A stretch of DNA of 15,808 nucleotides from an uncultured archaeon (GCA_964399605.1 CAYNRH010000003.1:1887-17694); one strand, 5' to 3'; numbered from the stretch's first letter, positions 7,430 to 15,808 are shown. Notes: generated by a model from the letters alone, not told the origin. Numbers and translations: made by a program.

Positions 7430-7767
7430 ATCTTAATATACCTTTTGGCTTCTTTGTACATTACCATGCTGGCAAAGAATATAACAATTGGGCCTATTGA
7501 TTTTAGAGCCACATATAGCATATATACCAATTGACTGCTCACTACTATCTGGATGCCATAACCGCTTAATCCGTAAAAGATTTCAACTCCCTGATTAAAG
7601 AAAGCAAAGAGCAACAGACCGATGACAAAATAATATCTTCCTTTTGGCTTCAATCCTCCCCTGTAATGCATCATGAAGATTTTCCAGTTTATTACAGCTG
7701 ATAAAATTAAAATAACAGATGTCAAAGCATCTCCAAGTGTCAGGGGATCAAGATTCATTCTTATCAA
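7426..7767 (-). CDS. Small membrane protein (113 aa, ~3 TM), hypothetical
   Basis: ORF in the track; hydrophobic helices. Its stop codon overlaps the RuBisCO stop in a palindromic TTAA at 7426-7429. Confidence 0.5.
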   Translation of the reverse strand: MIRMNLDPLTLGDALTSVILILSAVINWKIFMMHYRGGLKPKGRYYFVIGLLLFAFFNQGVEIFYGLSGYGIQIVVSSQLVYMLYVALKSIGPIVIFFASMVMYKEAKRYIKI

Positions 7768-7801
7768 AAAGATTAGTATTATCTTAAATAAATAATTTTT
7801 A

Positions 7802-8158
7802 CTATACCAAGAACTTGCCTTTTCCCTCTTTCTTTAAAGAATTGGTTAGTAAATCCCTTAGGTGATTTTCTATGGATAAAGCAGATATCCTGGCAATTTC
7901 TATGCGCTTTTCTTCATAAGCTACTATGGCACTAAAATTGGGTTTGGTTGCATCCTCAACTACTTTTGGTTTGTATTTGAATAAGAAATCTTCTGCCTCA
8001 TTATAGCCTTCTTTGTTTAGCTCAAATCCCAAAACATTTAAAATTCCCGGAAAAGCGCCAAACATAGCAAGAGAATAGAGATGCCTGTATCCATCATAGC
8101 CGCGCTCAAGAATAAATTCATCCATCCTATCAAATATTTCACAAAACAAATTTTCCAT
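7802..8158 (-). CDS. Hypothetical cytoplasmic protein (118 aa)
   Basis: ORF in the track, hydrophilic, with a TATA-like tract in the 48-nt divergent intergenic region shared with the AMP phosphorylase gene. No family recognised. Confidence 0.5.
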   Translation of the reverse strand: MENLFCEIFDRMDEFILERGYDGYRHLYSLAMFGAFPGILNVLGFELNKEGYNEAEDFLFKYKPKVVEDATKPNFSAIVAYEEKRIEIARISALSIENHLRDLLTNSLKKEGKGKFLV

Positions 8159-8206
8159 CTGTCTCCCACAGCTTTATAAATAAATAGTGTAAATAAGTTA
8201 ATAAAG

Positions 8207-9763
8207 ATGGTGTTTATGCTTAAGGTAAAAAGGCTTGATATGGACGCTGGAAAGCTCTATATAGTTGTTCTAAATTATGAAACTATGAAAAAGAATGCGT
8301 TGCATCCTTTGGATAGAATAGATGTAATAAAGGGAAAAAGAAGATTAACCTGCATAGTAAATGTTGGTAATAAAATAGTCGGGGAAGACGAAATAGGCAC
8401 TTACGAAGATGTTTCTGATGAATTAAAACTGAGGGATGGTGAGGAAGTTAAGATAGAACCTCAGTTGCAGCCAAGAAGTATTGGCTTCATAAAAAAGAAG
8501 ATTCGTGGCGAATCATTGAGTTATGAAGAAATAGAAGAAATAATAAAAGACTCCATCGACAGAAACTTAACCCAGGAAGAGCTTGCCTCATTTGTCACGG
8601 GGCTAGAAATAAATGGAATGAGCCTTGATGAAGCCGAGTATATTACAAGGGCAATGGTAAAAACTGGTAATAGATTGAAGCTAAAAGAAAAACACGTATT
8701 TGATAAACATTCAATCGGCGGTATACCAGGAAAAAAGGAAACACTTCTCATAGTTCCAATAGTCGCCGCAGCCGGGCTTAAGATACCAAAAACATCAAGC
8801 AGGGCTATAAGCTCTCCAGCAGGAACTGCAGATATTGTTGAAACCATAGCCGATGTTGAATTTAGCCTTAGTGAAATAAAGAAAATCGTGAACAAAACTA
8901 ACGGATGTATGGTATGGGGTGGGGCTGTAGATTTGGCGCCTGCAGATGATATTTTTGTGGAAATAGAATATCCGTTGAGGATAGACCCTCTATTTCTTTC
9001 ATCGGTTATGAGCAAGAAAAAAGCAGTTGGAGCGACCAATGTTGTCATAGATATACCAACAGGAAGAGGGGCCAAGATAAAAAATTTCATGGAGGCACAT
9101 AAACTGGCAAATGATTTCATAGAGCTTGGGAAAAGGCTGAATATGGATGTCCGGTGTGCCATAACTCATGGAGAAGAGCCAATCGGGCGTGCAATAGGAC
9201 CTGCTCTGGAAGCAAGAGAAGCTTTACAAACCCTCATGGGAAAAGGTCCCCGCTCACTTAAAGAAAAGGCAGTTGGACTGGCATCTGTTATTTTTGAAAT
9301 GGCAGGAAAAAGAAACCCGAAAGAATTTGCTGAAAATATTTTAAAATCAGGCAAGGCTGAGAAAAAATTCAGGCAAATCATAGGAGAACAAAACGGCAAC
9401 CCAAAAATTATGCCAAGGGATATTTCTGTCGGCGACAAAACTTTTGATTTTAAGTCAAAATATAGCGGAACATTATTTTGGGTTAGAAACGACCAGCTGA
9501 TAAAGATAGCAAGGGCACTTGGCTCCCCAAAATATAAGGGAGCAGGAATTTATTTGCATAAGCTGAGGGGAGAGTCGGTAAAGAAAGGTGATGTGTTAAT
9601 TAAGCTTTATGCTGAGAGTGAGAAAAGGCTCAGCTACGCAATAAAACTCTTGGAAAACATGGAACCAATGATAGTCAGAAAGAGAATATCACAGGAAATG
9701 ATTATAGATGTTATTCCTTCTAAAAAGCATGAATACAAGAAAGAATTCTATTTAGAAAGATAA
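8207..9763 (+). CDS. deoA: AMP phosphorylase (thymidine-phosphorylase family with the archaeal N-terminal extension)
   Basis: HSIGGIPGKKETLLIVPIVAAAGLKIPKTSSRAISSPAGTADIVE and GCMVWGGAVDLAPADD match the thymidine/AMP phosphorylase core. It is 518 aa and has the N-terminal extension (LKVKRLDMDAGKLYIVVLN...) typical of archaeal AMP phosphorylases. A TATA tttataaa at 8173-8180 lies ~27 nt upstream of the ATG. An alternative start is the ATG at 8216. Confidence 0.88.
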   Translation: MVFMLKVKRLDMDAGKLYIVVLNYETMKKNALHPLDRIDVIKGKRRLTCIVNVGNKIVGEDEIGTYEDVSDELKLRDGEEVKIEPQLQPRSIGFIKKKIRGESLSYEEIEEIIKDSIDRNLTQEELASFVTGLEINGMSLDEAEYITRAMVKTGNRLKLKEKHVFDKHSIGGIPGKKETLLIVPIVAAAGLKIPKTSSRAISSPAGTADIVETIADVEFSLSEIKKIVNKTNGCMVWGGAVDLAPADDIFVEIEYPLRIDPLFLSSVMSKKKAVGATNVVIDIPTGRGAKIKNFMEAHKLANDFIELGKRLNMDVRCAITHGEEPIGRAIGPALEAREALQTLMGKGPRSLKEKAVGLASVIFEMAGKRNPKEFAENILKSGKAEKKFRQIIGEQNGNPKIMPRDISVGDKTFDFKSKYSGTLFWVRNDQLIKIARALGSPKYKGAGIYLHKLRGESVKKGDVLIKLYAESEKRLSYAIKLLENMEPMIVRKRISQEMIIDVIPSKKHEYKKEFYLER

Positions 9764-9789
9764 ATAAAAAAAAGAAGAAAAAGAGACAT
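9764..9789 (-). terminator. Oligo-T tract (T8 then T5 on the minus strand) immediately after the stop of the Yip1-like gene
   Basis: The reverse complement of 9764-9789 is atgtctctttttcttcttttttttat. Archaeal terminators are oligo-T runs. It sits in the 26-nt convergent gap with deoA. Confidence 0.35.
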
Positions 9790-10404
9790 TTACGGATATC
9801 CTGGATATGTTGGCAATCCAGGAAGTGTTGAAGCTGCTGTCCATGCCCAGGCTCCCATTGCTATTGCTACTATCGCCACTGGTATAATCCAAATTAAAAC
9901 TGCTTTTCCTGTGGTTACTTTATGTGCCTGTTTCAGTGCCAATGTTAGAAGATATAGAGCATATAATCCTATTAGGAAGTTTACTATTGGTCCTGCTACT
10001 GGTACAAGTATTAATATCGCTGAGATTATAGATAGTGGCGCTGCATAAATTGCTATCAAATAACTCTGTGTTTCATAGTCACCTTTTCCGCCGAATATCA
10101 TTGCAAATATGTAGATTATTCCTGACCCAATTAGCCATGATATCACAAAGTATATTGGCGTTATCACTAATAGCAAAAGAAATGTTCCTATTCCTGCTCC
10201 TGCCCCTAAGCTACCAAGTCCAAACACGCTTCCTGTTAACGTCAAGCCTGCCATTGCTGCTATTCCCAGTATAACTCCTGCTATTATTCCTGCTATTCCT
10301 ATGTGCTTTATTCCCTTTCCAAAATCAGCTTTTTTCTCTTCTTTACTAAATGTCTCTGCTGGTTTCACCAGCGCATCTTTCCACAAGTTAAAATCTAAAC
10401 ACAT
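9790..10404 (-). CDS. Yip1-domain-like polytopic membrane protein
   Basis: N-terminal pattern LWKDALVKPAETFSKEEKK followed by 5 hydrophobic helices, as in Yip1-family proteins. Gly-rich helices and a C-terminal PGLPTYPGYP. TATA tttataaa at 10425-10432, ~24 nt upstream on the minus strand. Confidence 0.55.
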   Translation of the reverse strand: MCLDFNLWKDALVKPAETFSKEEKKADFGKGIKHIGIAGIIAGVILGIAAMAGLTLTGSVFGLGSLGAGAGIGTFLLLLVITPIYFVISWLIGSGIIYIFAMIFGGKGDYETQSYLIAIYAAPLSIISAILILVPVAGPIVNFLIGLYALYLLTLALKQAHKVTTGKAVLIWIIPVAIVAIAMGAWAWTAASTLPGLPTYPGYP

Positions 10405-10437
10405 AAGTAAATTTAGGTTGAGGTGATTTATAAAGGT

Positions 10438-12090
10438 TTATTTATGTGTGAAATAGCAGACTCCTTTTGAATCTATGCGACAAAAACCGAAGCGCTCAAA
10501 TTGAATTATATTATTGGGGGTTTCCTTTGCAAAATCTGGTTCTGCAAGGCCTTCAATTTCTGAAGCATCTGGCATAACAATCTTTGTCTTAATATTCTTG
10601 TCGGAAACCCAGTGTATCTTTGGGACATCTTTGATATCAGTAGACGTGACCTTGGATTTTTTGCCCAAAATAACATTGCATAGGTGGAGAAGACGAACTT
10701 CCTTTCCTTTGAGTTTTTCAAAATCTTTTTTATCAATGTAGATTTTTTCTCCCACTGGAATATTCCTGAAACCTCTCTTTTGGTCTTGTGGGTGAAGAGG
10801 CGCCCTTGCATCATTGAACTTCTTGTCCAATGAGATTTCAACCGGCTCTGAAACAAAAAAATATCTGTTGGCAATTGAATCAATTATTTTCCTGTTTTCC
10901 GAATAAAGTTTTTCCACTGGAACCGTCACATCGCTGAGGCTCATACCAAGATGCACGCAAAACGCCCTTACGGCCTCTGGCATTATGCCCCTTTTCCTTA
11001 AAGACTGCAAAGACCACGTCCTGGGATCATCCCATCCTGAATATTCCCCTGACTGAACTTCCTTCTGCGCTTTTGACTTGCTGAGTCTCACTCCCTTTAT
11101 TCTAGCGAGTCCGGTGTAAAGAAACTCTGCATGCTTCCATCCAAAAATATCCCATATGTATCTCTCCATTTCACTCTCCATCATCAGGTCTTTGCCTCTG
11201 AGAATGTGTGTTATACCAAGAAGATAATCATCAACTGCCCATGAGAATTCAAGAAGGGGCCAAACCCTATATTTTTTTCCAACTCTCGGGTGTTCTCTCT
11301 CACAAATCCTTAACAATACCCTGTCCCTAAAAGCAGGGTTTGGATTTTTCATGTCTGTCTTTAACCTAACCACAGCTTCTCCTTCCTTGTATTCTTTCGG
11401 GTCAAGCATTTTTTTCCATTTTTCAAGATTCTCCTCTATAGATTGGTTCCTATGGGTGCATTCTATTCCTTCGGCTCTGTTTTTTCTCATCTCGTCGGAC
11501 TTGCATTCACATACATATGCCTTTCCTTTCTTTATTATTTCCTCTGCATATTTGTAATAAATCTCCATGCGGTCTGACTTGTAAAAAACTTTCTCATAGT
11601 TTATTCCCAACCACTTGAATCCCTCCGGTATCAGGTCATAAGCATCCTTGATTATAAGTTTTTTTTCAGAACCAATTGTATCATCTATAACAAGGTAAAG
11701 TTTTCCGTTGTATCTTCTGGCATACTCATCATTTATTATGTAGGTCCTTGCGTTGCCTATGTGCAATGGTCCTGAAGGGAATGGCGCCAGCCTCATGACA
11801 ACCTTGCCTTTCTCAGCATTTGGCAACGGCGGCAAATCCACTTCCTCTTTTGATTCCACTTCCAGTGAGACTCCTCTTTTCTCTGCTTCTTCCTTTTGCT
11901 CTTCTATGCTCATCCTGTTGACTTTACCGACAATTTCATCAATTTTTGGTTTTATTTCTTTTATCTTCTCTTTAATCTCAGGATTTTGGGAAATCAAGCT
12001 ACCTAAAACAGAACCCGGATTAGCTTTCCCTTGGTGTATCAATGAGTTCCTCAGCGCCAGCTCAAAAATTCTTTCCTCTAGCTCTTTCAT
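10438..12090 (-). CDS. gltX: Glutamyl-tRNA synthetase, archaeal/eukaryal type (class I)
   Basis: HIGH-region variant PFPSGPLHIGNARTYIINDEYARRYNGKLYLVIDDT, KMSKS-region variant (VRLSKSK) and an anticodon-binding C-terminal domain. 550 aa, typical of archaeal GluRS. Confidence 0.92.
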   Translation of the reverse strand: MKELEERIFELALRNSLIHQGKANPGSVLGSLISQNPEIKEKIKEIKPKIDEIVGKVNRMSIEEQKEEAEKRGVSLEVESKEEVDLPPLPNAEKGKVVMRLAPFPSGPLHIGNARTYIINDEYARRYNGKLYLVIDDTIGSEKKLIIKDAYDLIPEGFKWLGINYEKVFYKSDRMEIYYKYAEEIIKKGKAYVCECKSDEMRKNRAEGIECTHRNQSIEENLEKWKKMLDPKEYKEGEAVVRLKTDMKNPNPAFRDRVLLRICEREHPRVGKKYRVWPLLEFSWAVDDYLLGITHILRGKDLMMESEMERYIWDIFGWKHAEFLYTGLARIKGVRLSKSKAQKEVQSGEYSGWDDPRTWSLQSLRKRGIMPEAVRAFCVHLGMSLSDVTVPVEKLYSENRKIIDSIANRYFFVSEPVEISLDKKFNDARAPLHPQDQKRGFRNIPVGEKIYIDKKDFEKLKGKEVRLLHLCNVILGKKSKVTSTDIKDVPKIHWVSDKNIKTKIVMPDASEIEGLAEPDFAKETPNNIIQFERFGFCRIDSKGVCYFTHK

Positions 12091-12156
12091 AAGAAATAAT
12101 TTGATAGGTTAAAATAAAAAAGTATACTAATTGAGATGTCATGAGCTTCTAATTGA

Positions 12157-12513
12157 CTAATTGTTAGAAGTTGCAGATTCCTCTTTATTTTTTGTAACCC
12201 TTTTAAAAAGGTATAAATCACGATAGCCATGATAAAAAATGTCAACATCGTCCATGCCTCTTTCATACAATTCATCTAGTTTTTTTCTTGTTTCCTCATC
12301 AATTTCTATTTGAATCTCTGTCAACGTACCCGGAAGTTTAAATCTTTCATGCGTTGCATAACCCGGACTTTCCAATAAATCATTTATGCCATGCAAAAGA
12401 ATATCTTTCTTTTCATATCCGGCTTCTTCAAGTTTCTCAAGTTTCTTTTCGTCATCACTATAAATTGACACCTTAACTATTTTCCCCGAAGACTTATTCA
12501 CATCAAACACCAA
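12157..12513 (-). CDS. Hypothetical acidic cytoplasmic protein (118 aa)
   Basis: ORF in the track, co-oriented with gltX 66 nt upstream. No family recognised. Confidence 0.45.
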   Translation of the reverse strand: MVFDVNKSSGKIVKVSIYSDDEKKLEKLEEAGYEKKDILLHGINDLLESPGYATHERFKLPGTLTEIQIEIDEETRKKLDELYERGMDDVDIFYHGYRDLYLFKRVTKNKEESATSNN

Positions 12514-12562
12514 AATAACTTATTATCAAAAAAGTATTTATATTAGAAAAAATTGACATCGC

Positions 12563-12892
12563 TTAAAATCCCGAATGATAACCTCCTCTCATGATTCTCT
12601 TTTCTATGGCGCTAATATCAGGATGTTCCATGGGCACTCTCAGAACATAAGTTGAGCCATCGACTCTTGCTACGCAATAAACATCACTTTCCTCTATTGT
12701 GATTTCTTTGTTTCCTCTTCGTATAGTATCTCGCTTTTTAATATTGCATATATATGCAACACCTTCTTCTATTTTTTTATCGTCTACCACAATACCATTT
12801 TCATCAAATTTAACTGGAGGCTCTCCATTCATGTCTTCAACTCTTATGATTTCTTTTAAACCAGCCCTTTCCATTGCTTCACTGTAACCCAT
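12563..12892 (-). CDS. Hypothetical small protein (109 aa), possibly beta-barrel-like
   Basis: ORF in the track, co-oriented with the 118-aa gene and gltX. Contains two Cys (YICN, YCVA) and a C-terminal RIMRGGYHSGF. No confident family. Confidence 0.45.
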   Translation of the reverse strand: MGYSEAMERAGLKEIIRVEDMNGEPPVKFDENGIVVDDKKIEEGVAYICNIKKRDTIRRGNKEITIEESDVYCVARVDGSTYVLRVPMEHPDISAIEKRIMRGGYHSGF

Positions 12893-12989
12893 CCTATCAC
12901 CTATCCAATAATATGCACCGAAAAGGATTTAAGCTTTACAAAAAAGATAATAAAATAGAAATTTATACCAATTTCTCTTACTTTAAAAC

Positions 12990-14135
12990 ATGCACTTCAA
13001 TGAATATCTCAGGTTCACAGAAATATCTGTGTTTTTTATTTTCTCAGTGTACCTATTCAATCCAATCCTATCACCATACATCAAGAGCCTTGGCTTTTCT
13101 GACCTGCAAATTTCCCTGATTTTTTCGCTTCTTCCAATATCAATAATAATATTCTCTCCAATCGTCGGCTCCTTGTCAGACTCCATAGGAAGAAAAAAAG
13201 TCATACTCCTTGGAATTTTTCTTGAGATAATTGCAGTGCTCCTGTACATCTATGGAAGCTCCTGGATAATGATAGGAACTGCCAAAATTCTTGATGCGAT
13301 TGGGATAACAACAGTTACCTTGATAACACTTGCAAAAATAGAGGACTCTCTTGACGACAGGGAAAGAGGAAAATACACCGGCTGGAGCCTGAGTGCAAGA
13401 TACCTTGGAAATCTTATAGGCCCTGTTGTTGGAGCAGTTGTCGCCAGCATGTTTTTCATCAGGGCGCCATTCTTTATCTCATTGGGAATTCTTTTCATAC
13501 TTTTTTTATATGTGCTTCAAAAGGAGAAAGATAGAAAAAGGCTCATCAAGAAATCCCTAAACCCAGTTAAGGACATAAAAGATTTTCTCTCCTTTAAAAA
13601 GCTAAGGGGTATGGGAATACTTGGAATAGTCATGCACGCCACCAGCCCGGCAATGCAGGTTTTCCTTCCCTTGTTTATAATAGAAGAGCTTGGCCTCAAC
13701 ATAAGCTATGTTGGATATGCATATTTCTTTATGGGTATTATGCACCTTTTGCAGTTCAAGTTTGGAAAACTCTCTGACAGATATGGCGCATGGAAAGTTC
13801 TTTTAATGGGGTGCATCATCTCTGCCTCTGGAATGGCGCTTCTGCCCTTCACCCACAGCTTCCTTTTGCTTGCAGCAGCTTTGCTTTTTATGGGAACTGG
13901 AAACAGTATGTGGAATGTTTCCGCCTGGAATTTAATGTCAAGAATAGGTGAGAGCGCTAAAGAAGAAGGCGAAATTGTAACGTCTTATGTCTCAATAGCC
14001 AAGATAGGAGCGTTCCTTAGCTTCATACTGAGCGGATTTTTTGTAACTTACTTTGGAATAAAGCCATTGTTTATTGCCAACAGTATAATCGTCTTGATTG
14101 GTGTATTCGCCTCATATTTTTTTCTTAGGGGATAG
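12990..14135 (+). CDS. Major facilitator superfamily (MFS) transporter
   Basis: ~12 hydrophobic helices; MFS motif A-like GSLSDSIGRKKVILLG after TM2. 381 aa. Confidence 0.85.
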   Translation: MHFNEYLRFTEISVFFIFSVYLFNPILSPYIKSLGFSDLQISLIFSLLPISIIIFSPIVGSLSDSIGRKKVILLGIFLEIIAVLLYIYGSSWIMIGTAKILDAIGITTVTLITLAKIEDSLDDRERGKYTGWSLSARYLGNLIGPVVGAVVASMFFIRAPFFISLGILFILFLYVLQKEKDRKRLIKKSLNPVKDIKDFLSFKKLRGMGILGIVMHATSPAMQVFLPLFIIEELGLNISYVGYAYFFMGIMHLLQFKFGKLSDRYGAWKVLLMGCIISASGMALLPFTHSFLLLAAALLFMGTGNSMWNVSAWNLMSRIGESAKEEGEIVTSYVSIAKIGAFLSFILSGFFVTYFGIKPLFIANSIIVLIGVFASYFFLRG

Positions 14136-14137
14136 AA

Positions 14138-14425
14138 ATGAATAAAGTTTTTTCTCTTGTCAAAAAAATTCCTAAAGGAAAGGTTACAACATACGGGGAA
14201 ATTGGAAAAGCCCTAAGGATACATCCGAGAGTTGTTGGCAGGATTCTTTCCCAGAACGAGGACCTAGAAGGCACAAAGTGCTATAGAGTTGTCCGCTCTG
14301 ACGGCTCTATTGGCGGATACAAACTCGGAAGAAAAAAGAAAATTGAGCTTTTGAAAAAAGACGGAATTGTCTTTGAGAAGAAAATTAACCTGAAGAAATA
14401 TTTGCACAGGTTTATTCTATTATAA
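14138..14425 (+). CDS. MGMT-family protein: stand-alone DNA-binding/alkyl-acceptor domain of methylated-DNA--protein-cysteine methyltransferase (COG3695-like)
   Basis: VFSLVKKIPKGKVTTYGEIGKAL...RVVGRILSQN...KCYRVVRSDGSIGGY matches the Ogt C-terminal domain consensus (IPxGxxxTYGxxA...RAVGxAxxxNP..PCHRVV..dGslgGY). The Cys is retained, but PCHR is replaced by KCYR with a 5-aa insertion. No N-terminal domain. The start codon is 2 nt after the MFS stop. Confidence 0.7.
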   Translation: MNKVFSLVKKIPKGKVTTYGEIGKALRIHPRVVGRILSQNEDLEGTKCYRVVRSDGSIGGYKLGRKKKIELLKKDGIVFEKKINLKKYLHRFILL

Positions 14426-15269
14426 TTCCGCAGTAGCCTACAACCGCGTTTGAATCCCTGGAAACGTCATAAGATGTTGAATACTTCAAAAGGGTGCCCT
14501 TTAGTGCATTATCTTTTAAAGCATAAAGCATTGTTGCTATGGCGCCCCTTCCGCAAATTGTTGCATTGTATTTTTCCACAACCTCCAAAAACCTCTCAGG
14601 AGCCAAATCTGTTATTGCCTTAGCAGCTTCCATATCCACTTTCTCTATGTAATTCAAAACATTGCTCGGCCCCCCGGAAACTGGAGCATAACCATACACA
14701 TCTCCGTAGTGGGTAAAATCCGAAGATGCTATGACTATTGTTTTTGTCCCTTCTATGGATTTTTTAATTGCATTACCAACATCCTGAAAAACCTTTGGGT
14801 CGCTGGTTCCAAGAACTATTGGAACAAATTTCACATCCCTGAATCTGTATTGGAGCCACGGCAACTGGACTTCTATGGAATGCTCCTGTGTATGAGCGCT
14901 CAAGTCCTCCTCAAGATGCTCGCTGTTTTCTAAAATGTTTCTTGCAACCTCGGAGTCTATTCTGCATGAGCCCATCGGTGTTCTCCACATTCCCTCCGTC
15001 ATTATAGATGCACTTGCACCCAATCCAGCATGGTTGGGTCCAAGTATCACAAAAGTTGGATTCTCCAGAATGGATTTGTAAACATATGCCTGCGGCTCGC
15101 CACAGTATATGTAACCAGCATGAGGCGCAACAGCACCAAGAATCATTCTCTTCTCAACCTCTCCGACTCTTCGCATGAACTTCTCTATTGTGACCCTTAA
15201 CTCAGAAGAGCTTCTTGGATAAAAACCGCCTGCAGCAACAGGATTTCTTATTATCAAAAAACCACCCAA
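14412..15269 (-). CDS. MEMO1-family protein (AmmeMemoRadiSam system protein B / UPF0103)
   Basis: N-terminal RNPVAAGGFYP and APHAGYIYCG, plus HS(I/L)EVQLPWL and SSDFTHYG motifs characteristic of MEMO1-family proteins. 285 aa. Its 3' end overlaps the MGMT-like gene by 14 nt (convergent). Confidence 0.85.
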   Translation of the reverse strand: MGGFLIIRNPVAAGGFYPRSSSELRVTIEKFMRRVGEVEKRMILGAVAPHAGYIYCGEPQAYVYKSILENPTFVILGPNHAGLGASASIMTEGMWRTPMGSCRIDSEVARNILENSEHLEEDLSAHTQEHSIEVQLPWLQYRFRDVKFVPIVLGTSDPKVFQDVGNAIKKSIEGTKTIVIASSDFTHYGDVYGYAPVSGGPSNVLNYIEKVDMEAAKAITDLAPERFLEVVEKYNATICGRGAIATMLYALKDNALKGTLLKYSTSYDVSRDSNAVVGYCGIIIE

Positions 15270-15349
15270 TGAAGATATGGTAACTGAAATTAATAAAGTT
15301 TAAATAGCTTAGCATCCAAACTCTTACAATATTTTGATGAGGTGATGAT

Positions 15350-15772
15350 ATGAATGGAGATTTTTCGATTAAGGTAACGGACTCAAGAGTTTGTGAAGGC
15401 TGCAAAGAAAAAAACTGGTGTAAGAAAGACTGTGATAGTTATAAGTTCGAATTGGGCACTGAAGAACTTGGTGACTATTTCTCTTCTAATCTGGAAAAGG
15501 GAGAAATAATTGTGATACATGAAAATCTAAGACCTGTTGTTTTCGGGAATTATAATGGAATTGAACATCTTGGGGATGCAACTACAATAAAAATTTCCAA
15601 TGCGCACATCTATGACGGTGAAGTAAAAAAATTAGGAACATATGTTGTTCCAATAACCGATGACTTATCGGATATAAGTATAGGAAAAGAAGCATCTGTA
15701 GACACACTAAGAAAAAGACTTCCTGGAATGAGCAGATTCTTCAGAACTATAAGAAGATTGAAGCATAGGTAA
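15350..15772 (+). CDS. Hypothetical protein with an N-terminal 4-Cys cluster (CEGCKEKNWCKKDC) and a basic C-terminal tail
   Basis: ORF in the track. It is preceded by a strong Shine-Dalgarno GAGGTGA 5 nt upstream of the ATG, and by a TATA-like aaagtttaaata ~50 nt upstream. No family recognised. Confidence 0.5.
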   Translation: MNGDFSIKVTDSRVCEGCKEKNWCKKDCDSYKFELGTEELGDYFSSNLEKGEIIVIHENLRPVVFGNYNGIEHLGDATTIKISNAHIYDGEVKKLGTYVVPITDDLSDISIGKEASVDTLRKRLPGMSRFFRTIRRLKHR

Positions 15773-15808
15773 CATTTATATAGTTGTCACTACTAAATAG
15801 TATATATG

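Noticed and set aside
8521-9438. ORFs 8521..9162(-) and 9166..9438(-) antisense to the AMP phosphorylase gene
   Set aside because: Shadow ORFs inside a well-supported 518-aa deoA-family gene. Their composition is Ser/Phe/Leu-rich with no motifs.
6179-9763. Ribose-1,5-bisphosphate isomerase expected between rbcL and deoA
   Set aside because: Neither intervening ORF (113-aa TM protein, 118-aa soluble) has the size or motifs of the eIF2B-like isomerase (~320 aa). It is presumably encoded elsewhere.
11351-12275. ORFs 11351..11557(+), 11753..12112(+) and 12087..12275(-) overlapping gltX and the 118-aa gene
   Set aside because: They are antisense or out-of-frame with strongly supported genes, with no independent promoter and no recognisable motifs.
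12699-13702. Small ORFs 12699..12887(+), 12874..13119(+), 12983..13249(-), 13250..13498(-), 13517..13702(-)
   Set aside because: They overlap the 109-aa gene or the MFS transporter gene in alternative frames. The MFS frame carries the family motif A and continuous TM helices.
1-15808. Search for CRISPR repeats, IS/transposase or integrase ORFs, rRNA
   Set aside because: No regularly spaced direct repeats and no transposase/integrase-like ORFs were seen, and no rRNA-like conserved stretches. The only repeats are the intragenic module duplication (886-935/1144-1193) and the stomatin fragment.

Overview
AT-rich (~35% GC), densely packed archaeal-type chromosomal segment. The taxon is an inference: class III signal peptide, form III RuBisCO plus AMP phosphorylase, archaeal-type GluRS, and TATA boxes about 25 nt upstream of most start codons (leaderless mRNAs). 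This is consistent with a small-genome archaeon such as DPANN, but that is not provable from the sequence.

Two zones:
(1) 1-4680 is a cell-surface/accessory module. It holds a long Sec-secreted cysteine-rich repeat protein, truncated at the window edge and absent from the supplied ORF track. It also holds two small membrane or signal-anchored proteins. Divergently transcribed is a membrane-anchored ArsR-family wHTH regulator co-transcribed with a pilin-like (class III signal peptide) parallel beta-helix protein that is heavily N-glycosylatable. The module ends with a decayed fragment of the neighbouring stomatin gene.
(2) 4686-15808 is mostly housekeeping: stomatin/SPFH, form III RuBisCO, AMP phosphorylase, GluRS, a Yip1-like membrane protein, an MFS transporter, a mini-MGMT-family protein and a MEMO1-family protein, interspersed with small hypothetical proteins.

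No tRNA or rRNA gene, CRISPR array, transposase or integrase was found. The most interesting candidate system is the divergent regulator/pilin-like adhesin/secreted Cys-rich protein module at 1-4600.
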